Below, piece by piece: positions 1 to 12,300 of a stretch of DNA of 64,000 nt. The number at the start of each line of letters is the position of its first letter. Within the stretch, counting starts at the first letter, position 1. Below the pieces are notes generated by a model. The model did not search any database, was not told the origin of the DNA, and was given only the letters and a program-made list of their open reading frames with translations. Position numbers and translations under genes: made by a program. This DNA is from Enoplolaimus lenunculus (taxonomy: Eukaryota), in assembly GCA_030248215.1 (NCBI GenBank), contig JASANG010000957.1, positions 248,001 through 312,000 on the forward strand. Direction: 5' to 3'.

Positions 1-1580
1 TAAGCATAAGCCTAAGCTTAAGCCAAGCAAAAAATTAGTCTAAAGCTTAAGCTTTACTCAATTGCAGTCCCACAGAAAAACGTTCCGCCCCTGATGTGCC
101 GAAATTACCAAGTTCGTATCGTTTCGTAATTGTCGGCACTGACTAAACGTTTGCGCAACCCTGTTACATAAGTTGACTCATGTAACCCGATGGCGTATAT
201 CTTTTGCCAGATATGACGTCATTATGTAATTATTACGTCAGTCTATATGTATATACGTATATATGTATTGTAAAACCGGTGATTTGTTGCAATTTTTTTC
301 TTGTTTTTGAGTCAAATTTGCGTAGATTTGGTATAGTTTACGGATGGATACCTGATATAAAACGGTAATTTCCATTATTTATCCGAATGAACGCAATACG
401 TAGGCGTTCACCTTTGAAATTTAAGTCGCTAAACTGCATATTTCAGAAAGTATTATTTAGTTTCAGACTGTATAGACCAACTACTAGTAATATGGTATAT
501 ATAGTAATTATAGTCTGCTACATCAGGGTATCAATTTGCGACCACAATACCTGGTCATTATATATGTCAAATTTACCAAATTATATCCTTGTAAATGGTG
601 GTTTTTGGTATGCTTAGTGGTTACTTAGCTAATAGTTTTGGCGGGTAAAGCTATCAAAATGGCTTACCGACACGCAAATGGCGTTTGGCCCCAAATGGTA
701 TCGTATAACTTTTACATATAACCCGTATATATTCGTTGTTTTGAGGTTAAATTGACTTTTAATGTGATTTAGGACAAGCGGACGCGGGCAGGTATCTTTG
801 TAAGGTCAGGCAAGTACACGCTCTTACCTCTGGATATTTTTTTATGTCAATGAAGGGTGCGAAATATTGCATTGGGGGTCACATTGTCAAACGGTTGTAT
901 ATTTTGTTCAAAATGGCTCGCTTGCACATACTAGGTCAGTATTTTAGCTGGCACCCGTGTTCAGATTATAGATGGCTTGAATTTCTAGGTATTTTACAAC
1001 ATCTGTGTAACGGTAAACCTGGTTCGAAAATGATTTCTTTGCGAACATTTTTTGACCATTTGTATAAAATGACAAACATTTGAGTTAATATTTGTGATAC
1101 GAAAGTTTTTGTGGTTTAGGAATTTTTGTTGTTCCAATATTCCTACAGTTGTATCATTTTCAACAGGGCCGGATCGTTTTCAGGATGGGCTATAATAGAG
1201 TCAGCTTAAGCTTTAGACTAATTTTTTTGCTTAGGCTTAGGCATAGGCTAATTCATACGCTTAGGCTTAGGCATAAGTTAGGCTTAAGCTTAGGCTTAAG
1301 CTTAGGCTTAGGCTCAGGCTTAGGAATAGGCCCATCCATACGCTTAGGCTTAAGCTTAGGCTTAGGCTTAAGAATTTGCTTATACTACTGTTCCAGTGAT
1401 AAAATTTAAGACAATTTTAAACATGAATTAGTTGAAGACTTACGCCAATTCGTCATCCGGCAACTTGTCACCCGACATTGTCATAAGCCTAAACCTAAAC
1501 CAAAACATAATCATTAGCCTCAAAGCGTAAGCATAATTATTGGCGACAAATTGTTGAGCTGACGCGATTTCAGATTACAA

Positions 1581-1860
1581 GTTGTCGGTCGACGAGTTGT
1601 CGGTCGACGAGTTGTCGGTGAATGAATTGTCGGTCGATGGATTGTCGGTCGATGAATTGTCGGTCGATGAATTGTCGGTCGATGAATTGTCGGTCGATGA
1701 ATTGTCGGTCGATGAATTGTCGGTCGATGAATTGTCGGTCGATGAATTGTCGGTCGATGAATTGTCGGTCGATGAATTGTCGGTCGACGAGTTGTCGGTC
1801 GATGAATTGTCGGTCGATGAATTGTCGGTCGATGAATTGTCGGTCGATGAATTGTCGGTT
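1581..1860. repeat. 15-bp minisatellite (GAATTGTCGGTCGAT)n, about 18 copies
   Basis: Direct tandem repeat inside an element with CGACAA-type inverted arms; a related element lies at ~58350-58560. Confidence 0.92.
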
Positions 1861-2634
1861 GCGAATACTTAATGTTAACTATTCAGATTCATATACTTAC
1901 CATTAAAATCACATTTCCTACAGCCAGCAGTATCATCTATATTAATTTCCTAAAAAGACAAGCGGGGCTAAATTGTTACTAAGAGGGGTGGTCGAAATTT
2001 TTTACGGGGACTGAGCCCATCTGCCTTCCCTTTGACAGCGGACCTGCTTAAATGTGAAGTTTAATGGTTAAATGCTCTATTCAGTATCACATATAAACAG
2101 AGCCGAAGCAGCTACCTTCATACTCCACATTCTGAGGGGGGCACCCAACGGAGGAGCCCCCACCCTAACAAGATTTTAAACAAAAAATTTGAAAAATATT
2201 TTGGTCATCGTACGAGGCCTCCATCCTAGAATTTTGAGGGGTGAGCATCCTAGCTAACTCCGGCACCATACTCCCCCTGGATACGGTACTTAACCATAGT
2301 AGTTTTTTTAATGTTAAGCTAAACAGGGGGTATAAGTTTTATGACAAAATTAGTTTTTGTACAGCCAAAATAGCGGCCAGCTTATCATCGCGGTGACACC
2401 TGCAATACTTTGGGCTGGGTTTACGAAATGGACCAGTGTGGCGCAGTCAGGCTCGTAGTCAGCTCACCTTGCTAGGGGGGAGGGGCTAAAAATTTGCAGA
2501 AAAGGCATACAGGGGTTTTTCGTTGACTGACAAGCAACGTTAAACATTTTCTAGGGGGGCATTATTTTTCTTCGATTCCGGAGCAAAATTTTTGTTAAGG
2601 GCTCTATGGAGAAGGCTGTATGAGGCATTGTTAA

Positions 2635-2982
2635 ACCAAGAGTGGATGATCACTGTTTATAACAAGAGTGTGCAACTGGGTACATTCTGTGTATTAAAGA
2701 ATGTACCAGCACGTGTTGCATTTTGTTCGACCCCCCCCCCCGCAATCAGGGGGGGTTTAAGCAAGAGATTAACAGTAAAGTATGCTTCAATACACCTACC
2801 CCCCTCATTTAAGGGGGTCAACTATGTTGTTTAATCACATTAAAGATGTTTGAATGTGCATACAGACCCCCTAAACAAGGGGGGTAGGCCAAAAACGCAA
2901 CGCGTGCCGGTTACATTCTTTAATACACAGAATGTACCAAGTTGCACACTCTTGTTATAAAGAGTGATCATCCACTCTTGGT
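2635..2982. mobile_element. Long-TIR palindromic MITE (ACCAAGAGTGGATGATCACT...)
   Basis: ~90-bp inverted repeats; related copies at ~15125-15471, ~15492-15794 and ~11700-12145. Confidence 0.75.
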
Positions 2983-3917
2983 TAAACCATGTATTATACT
3001 TTATACTTAATTAAATATGTGATGAAGTCACCGATTAAATGCTAAATAATATATACTTGGTTAAGTACTTGATTTAGAAAATACTTACGTTTTAGGCACT
3101 CAGACTCCCTGGCACATCAAGGGGGGGGGGGCAGCGCCCCGGCATAGGTTCCCCCGACACAGATCGAAATGAAGTAAGTTTTAGAACTAAGATGGCGTTC
3201 AGTTTCTCGCTCGCTTCACTTGACACTGTTTCACTATTACGCTATAAAAACTGTAAAATGTCACAACACAATAAATATCAGGGATCAACCGTACATCCGG
3301 ATCTGGTATTATACGGGCCAAAATTGACATCCGTATCCGCTTCCGATATCCGGAATAAACCTTTTGAACACTGTATTTTTGCGTTTGTAGTTCCGAATAC
3401 CACAAAACTGTATTTTAGATGAGGAAATACTAAACGTTTTCTGCGACTGCATTTCTCGGCAAGTCAATACTGTAGTAACCCGAATAAGATGGAGGTAACA
3501 AGAAGGAGACCCCCATTTTGAGTTCCAGGCAATATGTGTGCGTATCCCTAATAAGATTCTGTAAGCGAATAGAGTCCTTAAACCGTAATTAGAGTCCATA
3601 AAAGTCAATTAACCCTAATTGTAGTGCATTAATGACTCGAGGACCAAATAAAGTTGAGTTCGAAACTTTGAAGCACACTTAAGTTTTGAAAGTACATTCC
3701 TAAAGTATAACCCAGCATTATCGCTCAAGCTAGCGATACAAGACAAATTAACGTTTAAGAAACTACAAAACGTTAAAAATCCAAAAATTTGTAATTATTG
3801 TGTTTAAATTTAATTTTAATACCTGCCTCTGAAAATAGGTTCCTGTTGGTTTAAAAACTTGCAAAAATTGTTCAATCAGCAAACGTCCACTTTGCAAACA
3901 CAAATTATACAGCAAAC

Positions 3918-4068
3918 GGCCAATGTTACTTTAAGGGGCATAACAGTAGATTAAACGTATTCCTAAACCCAAGCCTAAGCCAAAGCAAAAAAATGTAATC
4001 TTAGAATGTAAACTTACTGTTCTGTTGACCTACCAGAAACCTGGACGCCTCTTAAAGTAACATGGACC
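3918..4068. mobile_element. GGCC-ended TTAGGC-cargo MITE, subfamily C
   Basis: TIRs GGCCAATGTTACTTTAAG...CTTAAAGTAACATGGACC; perfect 8-bp TSD CAGCAAAC. Confidence 0.85.
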
Positions 4069-4974
4069 CAGCAAACAATGCATTAATAATAGTAAAAAAT
4101 GTTTCAAAATAACATTCTTTATGAAAACGTCCCTTGTTCGATTACATACTTGAATGAAATAGTTGAATAATTTCTAGTTGCACGGAACGGACTTTATGCT
4201 AACCTAAAGTAGGCATTTGCTAGCGACAACTCTACGCGTTGCTTGGTAACCGTTTCAGTTATCAGTCAAACCTAAACCCGATAAACCTATAATTATAAGT
4301 CTAGCGTAGCTTATGAGAAGGGTTCATATTTAACCTGAACAAATATTTAGTCAAGAGATTTTGCAATTATACTAATATTTTGTATGAAAATTATTAGCAA
4401 AAAGATATTACAAGTTTGGCAATATAGTTTACGATAGCTTAAATTGTAAGTTGTAAAATTAATTTAATTATAGTTTTTTTAGGTTTGAAAATTAGCTAAT
4501 TTTGGCAACGCCAGGTTAAGCGGATGTTCGTTCGCGTCAGCATTTAGATATTGAACAATACTTAACTCAATTCAATTGAACAATTTATGCGTTAGCCAAT
4601 GTATAAGAACAGGGGCGGAACTGGATTATAAGCATATTTCTAAGTTAAGCCTAAGCCTACGCCTAAACGTAAGCGTAAGAACGAGTTTATTCTTAACCCT
4701 AAGCCTACGCCTAAGCCTACGCGTAAGAATGAGTTTATTTATAAGCCTAAGCTAAGCGAAAAAATTAGTCTAAAGCATAAGCTTACTCTATTGCAGTCCC
4801 ACAGATAAACGTTCCGCACCTGATCTTTAGGTCTAACAATTTTAAACCCAATCCAATTATTAATATTGCTATTACCAACAGTGGATGACGGATAGCTCAA
4901 AACTAATTATCGACTCTAAGTACTTACTTAACTTTTGAGCAAATATCAAAAATACAAATTTGTTAACCCCAGTA

Positions 4975-5415
4975 ATGTAGTGACCCGAATAAGTGGGGGC
5001 TGATATTTATTTGGCCTCTCTAGAGGGTACACCCCCTTGTTATTCGGTTACGGACTGTTATTTATTTTTAAGCCACGCTTCGCCGCCCTTCGTTACAGAT
5101 ATATATCCGGTACTGCAATTATCCGTTGAATTAAACGATTATTTGTCTTGTGTCAATAGCTTGAGCGATAACGTTATACATAGGAATGCAGTTTCAAAAT
5201 TGAAGTACGCTTCAAAGTTTCGAACTCAAATTATTTGGTCCTGGAGTTATTTAGGCGCTACAATTTAGGGTTAATTGACATTTATGGACTCTAATTAGGG
5301 TTTGAAGACTCTATCCGCTTACGGACTCTTATTAGGGATACGGACTCCTATGGATTCGGACTCGAAATGGGGACCCCCTATTATTACCCCCACCCTCTCA
5401 TTCGGGTCAATACAG
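4975..5415. mobile_element. TA-flanked ~440-bp MITE (Tc2/pogo-like), TIR CTGTAGTGACCCGAATAAG
   Basis: Homologous copies at 3470-~3755 (partial), 48934-49297, 54242-54692 and 61901-62340; the full copies are TA-flanked. Superfamily is inferred. Confidence 0.75.
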
Positions 5416-6696
5416 TAATAGCATCTACCAAAAATGGGTACTTCTTTACTATCCCCCCTAGAAGCCCTCCTAAAAACAGACATGATGACTTAAGTAACAA
5501 AATAGGCCGATGCATAGGGGCTAACGCTTAGGGCTAAATTTGGGCTTACCCTAAGCCTAAGTTTGAGCCTAAGTGTAGACTCTGGACAGTAATACCAACC
5601 GTACGGCAATTATTGGTAATAAAAGAGTTACGCTATCTCATGCCAAATGTAGATCATCAACTTTAAATTGTTTTTTTACTTTACTTAAATATGGATTTAA
5701 AAACGACAAATCGGTTAAGTAATTGACAAAGCAATCGCTTAAATGTTAATCACGCTAACAGTCGATGATCGCACTGAAAACAAGAGTATACAACTGGGTA
5801 CATTCTGTGTAGCAAAACTAGCGTCGCGTTTTTTGTACCATGCTAATCTTGGCTTGTCCCGTATTCTCAAATGTGTCTAACACCTATCACCAGTTGATGA
5901 TAGTTTTTTGTAACTTTTTCAACTATTATGGTAATGTACAGAGTTACGCACGCTTTTATTTCGCATTTTGATGTGCTGTAGTTCTGTGCCAATTTTGAGA
6001 TCCACAATTGTTTGCATATTTTTGTCTAAAAGTGATTATGCATTCTGATTTTGCGAAACTTTTTGTCAAAAATCTAAAAATTTTGTGAAATTACTGGCGG
6101 TACAACTTAGAAACAGGTTGTTAGCCAACTATAGGCTTCCTAAGCCTAAGCCTAAGCCTAGCGTATGGATGAACCTATTCCTAAGCCTAATGAGCCTATT
6201 CGTAAGCCTAAGCCTAAGCCTAAGAGCCTAAGCGTATGGATGAGCTTATTTCTGAGCCTAAGCCTAAGCCGAAGCCTAAGCCTAAGCAAAAAAAATAGTC
6301 TAAAGCTTAAACTGACTCTATTATAGCCCCTCCAGAAAACGATCCGGCCACGTTCTATACATGGGCCGCCAACTGAAAAACCAAAACAACTTTCAGATAG
6401 TCAAAAATTAGTAGTTATTACTTCGACTTTAAGATAATTACAAAATTGGTACCCCGACACATTACCTGCTAGAGATGACCGCCAAGCCATCTCAATAATC
6501 ATTTGTAAAGTTTTGTAAGATTTTTTTAAGAAAATATCTTAACAATTCTTAATTTAATATTTCGAATTTTACGCGTTGCCAAACTGGTATAATTAATATA
6601 AGGCGTTCAGTGACAGTTTATATGTAATTATCTCTCGGTGTGGCCAATAACAGCGTTCCAACTACACCTATCAGTGCCTTGTTTGAAATATTCTAT

Positions 6697-7025
6697 ATGA
6701 AGAATCGTTGGGGTCGAACGTTTCATTTTGGTTCGAATTCGCCAAATTCACCATCGCCCGATACAACTACGTCTACTGTTGGCGAAAGCAACGCGTCCGT
6801 TGCCAATAAAAACAACAACAATAATAATAATATTAATAATAATAACAACAACACAAAAAATATAAATAATAAAAACAATAACAATAACAATAATAATAAA
6901 ACAGTTGATTTATCGACAATTGAACGCCGACGTGGTACGTTGCGACGCTTAAAGCGACTAAGTTCATCGTCTTCTGCAAATTATGGTTGTACATCGATAA
7001 CGGCAACAGCAACAGCAACAGCAGC

Positions 7026-7063
<38 letters not shown>

Positions 7064-9336
7064 CCACCACAACAACAACAACAACAACATCAAATTCAGA
7101 AACAGGCGCAACTGACACAGCGCCAACGACCTCAACAGCGCTACGGCCGGGCTCAAAGTCCTCTGTGACGTGTTTTATAACCCAGCAGACTACTCCATTG
7201 CTCACAGTGGCTCCTGATACCGTTGGAACAAACGAACTACGTCCTGCGAGCTCAATCGGGCTCCAAGACCCTATAGGACGACCTGGTAGCACAACGTCAA
7301 CATCGGTGCCATTCGTGGACTCAGTCCCTGGGCAACCGGTGAAATTTGTTGCGCTGAGTGGAACTCGAAACAGCGATGTCGTTGCGACTGATATTGAAGC
7401 TAATTTACCTGCAAGCAGTAGTATTTTCAGGTCAACAGGGTCGAGTTCTCGCAGCCATAGGTCGCCTTCGCCTACAAGTCGTCACGTGATTGGCGACGGT
7501 TCATCTCGAGCAACTGATCAGTTGCAAACCCAACAACCAGAATCGCCGACACTTTCGTCGAATCCTGTAACCGACGGGATATGCCCACCATCTGGACATA
7601 ACTCGCGATCAGCTCAGTTACCGCATGCACGGTCACCATCGCCTGCTACTATCGCAGCGTTTCGACGCAACAAATTTTTGACTCTTGACAATAGTTTAGA
7701 GTCGAGAAGCAGTTGCGGAAGCGCTGGCGGTAGTATCAGTTGCTATGGCGGCGCAACTGCGGGCGGCAGTGGAGCTTCGAATACCAGTTCGACAGCAGTG
7801 GTCAAACCGGTGCCACCTCAAAGTTTAACTGCAATATCGCCAGCGTCGTTTCTGAACGCAGCCAATCACCGTCAGAGAATGATCGCTCCTCAACAAATTA
7901 GTGGCGTCGGCTCCGGGTTACCCCATAAAGTGCTGCCCGTTCCAAAATTATCAGATGAAAGCTCACCGCCTGCACTTGAAGTCCCTCGACTATTTTTGTC
8001 AACTGTCGCGATCCCAACGTCGACAAGTGGCGGAAACATGAGCGAATTTGATCCAATCAGCAACGGCGAAAGCATTGGAGACGGCGTTCGCGGATGTCGA
8101 AAACTTCCCGGATCGAAAACTCGTCGCCTCAAAGAAGTCCAATGGAAATCGTTTGGCTGGGATCAGTTGTGTCGCACAGACGCTACCGGTGGAGCAGGCG
8201 GCACCCGTGCTGTACTCCACCCTCGTCGGTTTGGAGAATATTCCGGGATGCAATACACCTATGGTGACGCTCACCACCCACGAAGCGGATATCCGTTTCC
8301 GAATTCGTCACCGTTGTCTTACTCGAGTCGTACCCCGAGTAATTCGTTCTTTCAAATTAGTTCCGATGTACTACGCGTACTTGGTCATCACAGATATCGC
8401 AAGTTATTATCGCGACCGTCACAAGAACGAGCACATTCGCTAGAAGACTCGTATTGTGTCAGTGGAACGGATAGCGTCGGTGGAAACGGAACGAATCTGC
8501 GGAAAATTAGCTCATCTGCGGCGCAATCGGCCGCTGTTGGTACTGGTATCGGTCGATTTTTGCCCGATAAATGGTCCGGCGGGACTGCGCCAACTCGGAA
8601 ACGTTCTTCAACTGGAGGTAACGGTGGCTACTGTGGAAATCATTCAGGGACAGCATCTGTGGGTGGAAGTCGGCGAACGCTCGCGTCGTCGTCGCATTAT
8701 TGGGGCGATCGTAGTAATACGATCAATATTACCATTGACAGCTATGGTGGGGTGTCAAACGCAACTACAGGAGGAAGTGTGACCCCACAACCATCCGATA
8801 GACTGCTACTGTCGCATGATGTGGGAACATTTGACGAGAACAGCGCAGGACCAGGTATAGGAGACGATGCGTTTAGCTGGCATGCGATGAGCGCCGGCGG
8901 ACTACCTCCGGGGCCCGGGCCAGGCCAGTACGGAAGTAAAGCAACTTTGGCAGTGGTCGATACGTATCAGTCGGGTAGTTCTCAAAGGTGCCGGACAAAA
9001 GTCGTCGGAGCGCAACAGACTGCCAATCATGTTGACAAGAATAACTCGACTGATGTTGCAGTGGCAACTTGTGGATTTGCGGATGGAACTAATCGTACCG
9101 GCGGATTAGGCAATTATATCCAGGGAACGGCTGATAAAAATGCCGCGATGCCGGACGGCGGCAGGCGGGCCAAATTAGATCCGGCCGTTATGGGCCAGCA
9201 ACCGCCGCCGTTCGATCGAAAACAAATGATTGCACGACGAACGGCAACCAGCGACGCGTGCGTTGTGCTTGCAGCAATTGGAATTGCAATTATGATGATT
9301 GAAGGCGAGCTTGTTGCTCAAAGTATCATTCAAAAA
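6697..9336 (+). CDS. KCNN: SK channel exon 1: long low-complexity N-terminus (poly-N, poly-T, S/G-rich) plus S1
   Basis: Uninterrupted 2.7-kb ORF (track 6640..9414) with first ATG at 6697; ends CAA AAA|GTAAGC at 9337 just after the SK S1 helix. Confidence 0.8.
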
Positions 9337-12300
9337 GTAAGCCAGAATACTTTTCAAAATAATTCACTCGTCAATTCAATATGGGTCACACTCGTAGCCA
9401 GCTCACCGCGCTAGGGAGGCTAAAGATTTTTCAGGAGGTGCATTCAACGGTTTTAAATGAGTTACAAGTAAAGTTAAAAACTTTCTAGGGTACCCAATAC
9501 TTTTCAGGGGGTTGCTGACACCCCCCGCCACCCCCTTGGCTACGGGTCCGAAATGGGTAGCGTCCGGCGTCGTTAAACACGGTACAGTATAGCGAAACCC
9601 TTAGGGTGACGCTGTGTTTGTCGTGCGGCAACACCCGTCAGCCGTCGCTATCCTTCACCGTCCCTCACCGGGCGGAATTGTTCAATGGCAGTCCGCATAC
9701 TCAGTAAGGTCCAACGAGTCAATTAATCAACTTACACGGAACTTTAGTTATTTCTCAATTAATAGCAGTAAACTTAAACTCGCACTGAGTTGAGTTGATA
9801 TCTGTGAAGTTTATTAATTAAATCAGAATAACTTGAATCAACGCATAATTATGAGTTTTGACAGTCCTAAATCAGACTGAGTGATTCAACAGATTCTGTC
9901 GAGTTAAAATCAACTCACTGGAATTTACAGTGTACGATGTTGACGGTGACAGACGGTGTCGGACAGCGACGTACGACAAGGCAAAATGGTAGGTTTCAGT
10001 AGACGCCTGCACTCTAAATTACAATGAGTTGATTTATCAATACATCTAACGAGTTGGTTATTTCTGAATTAATATCAGTAAACATTAACTCACTCTCAGT
10101 TGAGTTGATTCTCGCTTTGAGTTGAGTTGACTCAGGGTGAGTTGATTAACTCAGAATGATTTGAATGAAGTCAAAATGCTGAGTTGAAATAGTCCTAACT
10201 CAGACTGACTGATTCAACTCATTCTGAGTTAAAATTAACTCACTGAAATTTACAGTGTACAGAACTTTTTTGGCATGCTTTCTTCAAACGGGCCAATGCT
10301 ATAGTTTGAATATTTAGATACATGGAATATTTTTATTTTCAGAATTCACCAATATCAAACGTTCTTAAAACACTTATAGTGTTTTCGACATGCATATTAC
10401 TGGCCGCAATTTTGTTATATCATTCACTTGAAATTAAAGTAAGCATCGAAACGAATCAGTGATAAAGAAACTTGGCCCATGTAAAGATCAGAGGCGGAAC
10501 GTTTTTCTGTGCGACTAGGAAAGAATACGCTTAAGGTTTAGACTAATTTTTTTGCTCGGTTTAGGCTTAGGCTAAGGAATATGCTCAATTTTGCGCTTAG
10601 GTTTTTGGCTTAGGCTTACGAACATGCTTATAATACTGTACCGTCCCAGTTCTTTACAAGAAACTTAATCAAAAGGTTCCATTGTCAAAATTTTGACACT
10701 CGACGAAAATCCAATTTCTGATCACTTTTCTTACTTCGGGTTACGCTATACTTGACGTCCGGCGCCGGCCGTCACCGTCCGTCACCCGTCCGTTACCGTG
10801 TAGTATTGTACGCAAATATAACTCTAAGCTGTGTATCAGGTTGTTCAGAACTCAGAATTCTGAATTGATTGAACTCATATTTCACGGGTGCGTACAAAGC
10901 AGGACACGTCTCTACCTCAAAAACCCACAATGTAGTTCTCGTACTACAGATCCAAGAACTCAGCCTAAAGTACATTGACCTGATTTTCACAGCCTGTGAA
11001 AGTTCCTTAGGCTTAGACTTAGGGTTAGGAATGCATTTTTTCAACGCTTAGACTTAGGCTTAAGCTTAGGAATACGCTTAGTCTACTGTTACGCGCCTAA
11101 AAGTAACATTGGCCTTTACTACACTGAAAATGTTGCGTTTGATTTTCAGCTGTTAATGATCGACTGTGGCGCCGACGACTGGAAAGTAACCGTTTCCAGT
11201 CGACGTGTCGCCAAAGTGATCCAAGAGTGCCTGATTTGCTCAATTTGTCCACTCCCAGGCACCGAACGTATCCGGTGGCCGTTTTTACCGTCAGACAATT
11301 CGTGTGAAAGTATCGATTGGACGTCAGTTCCGTTTGATGTCATCCTGTCGATCCCGATGTTTCTCAGGTTTTATTTAGTCGGACGTGCCATGGTGCTTCA
11401 CAGTCGCCAATTTAAAGGTAAACCACGACAGCGTAAATGAATAGTAAAAATAACGGAAACGAAAAGCAGATATTGAAGTATAAAAGTTTCAAAAATGTTT
11501 CATTTTTAGGTGACGATTTTTGTTGGAAACGGAAACGGCTACGTAGAATGCGGATTAGAACCTTGAATCGCTCGACGCCTGATCTTACTTGTCTTTTACT
11601 GGATTCGTCGCTGTCGTTCAAGTTTGAGATGTTATAGTTTACCTGTCACAATTTGCAAGCTTTAGGCAGTAACCAAAGCTTATCAGGTAATGCCAAAAGT
11701 GCATGATATAAGAGTATGTAACTCTTGGAGTTCCACATGGTACAAAATGTACCCGGCACGCGTTGCGTTTTTGACCGACCCCCAGGACTTTGGGGGGCTC
11801 ACCCCTAAAGGGGCATACACTAACCGGTTGAAACAAAAACCGCCGAAGTTTTAAAAGGCATCTGTCGTCTCCCTCGCTTCGCTGCAACTTTGGAGGGAGC
11901 CTTCACTCCTCTATGCTCCGGCACTGGGTAGCCCTCCTATTTAAAGGGGGGTACAACCTGTGCGCTGCGAACCATGGCACCCCGTAACTGTCCGGCATCA
12001 AAAACACTCCGCGTATACTTTAGTTTAAGAGTATTGCATATGACAGCGATCCACTTCTAAAGAAGACGGAAGTCGGCCAAAAACGCAACGTCCGGTGGTA
12101 CATTTAGCAGCATGCGGAACCCCAAGAGTTGCACACTCTGGTATCGAGCAGTCCTGGTTGTGGCAAAATGGGAAAGTTTTATATATTTGACGTTGAAGTG
12201 TATAAGAACCTAAAATTGTATTTCAGATCCTGCTACTCGGAGCATTGCGGCCCTTAATCGGGTTTCTGTTGATGTCAAATTTGTCATACGGTCGCTGATG

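Noticed and set aside
1581..1906. CRISPR-like array or repeat proteins (SVDEL)n / (MNCRS)n
   Set aside because: Head-to-tail 15-bp minisatellite with no unique spacers, no cas genes and a eukaryotic context. The same applies to the 19-, 31-, 36-, 48- and 70-bp arrays.
6833..9357. Antisense and alternate-frame ORFs over SK exon 1 (poly-L, poly-V), and similar ORFs at 24840-26651
   Set aside because: Shadows of trinucleotide repeats and the real coding frame.
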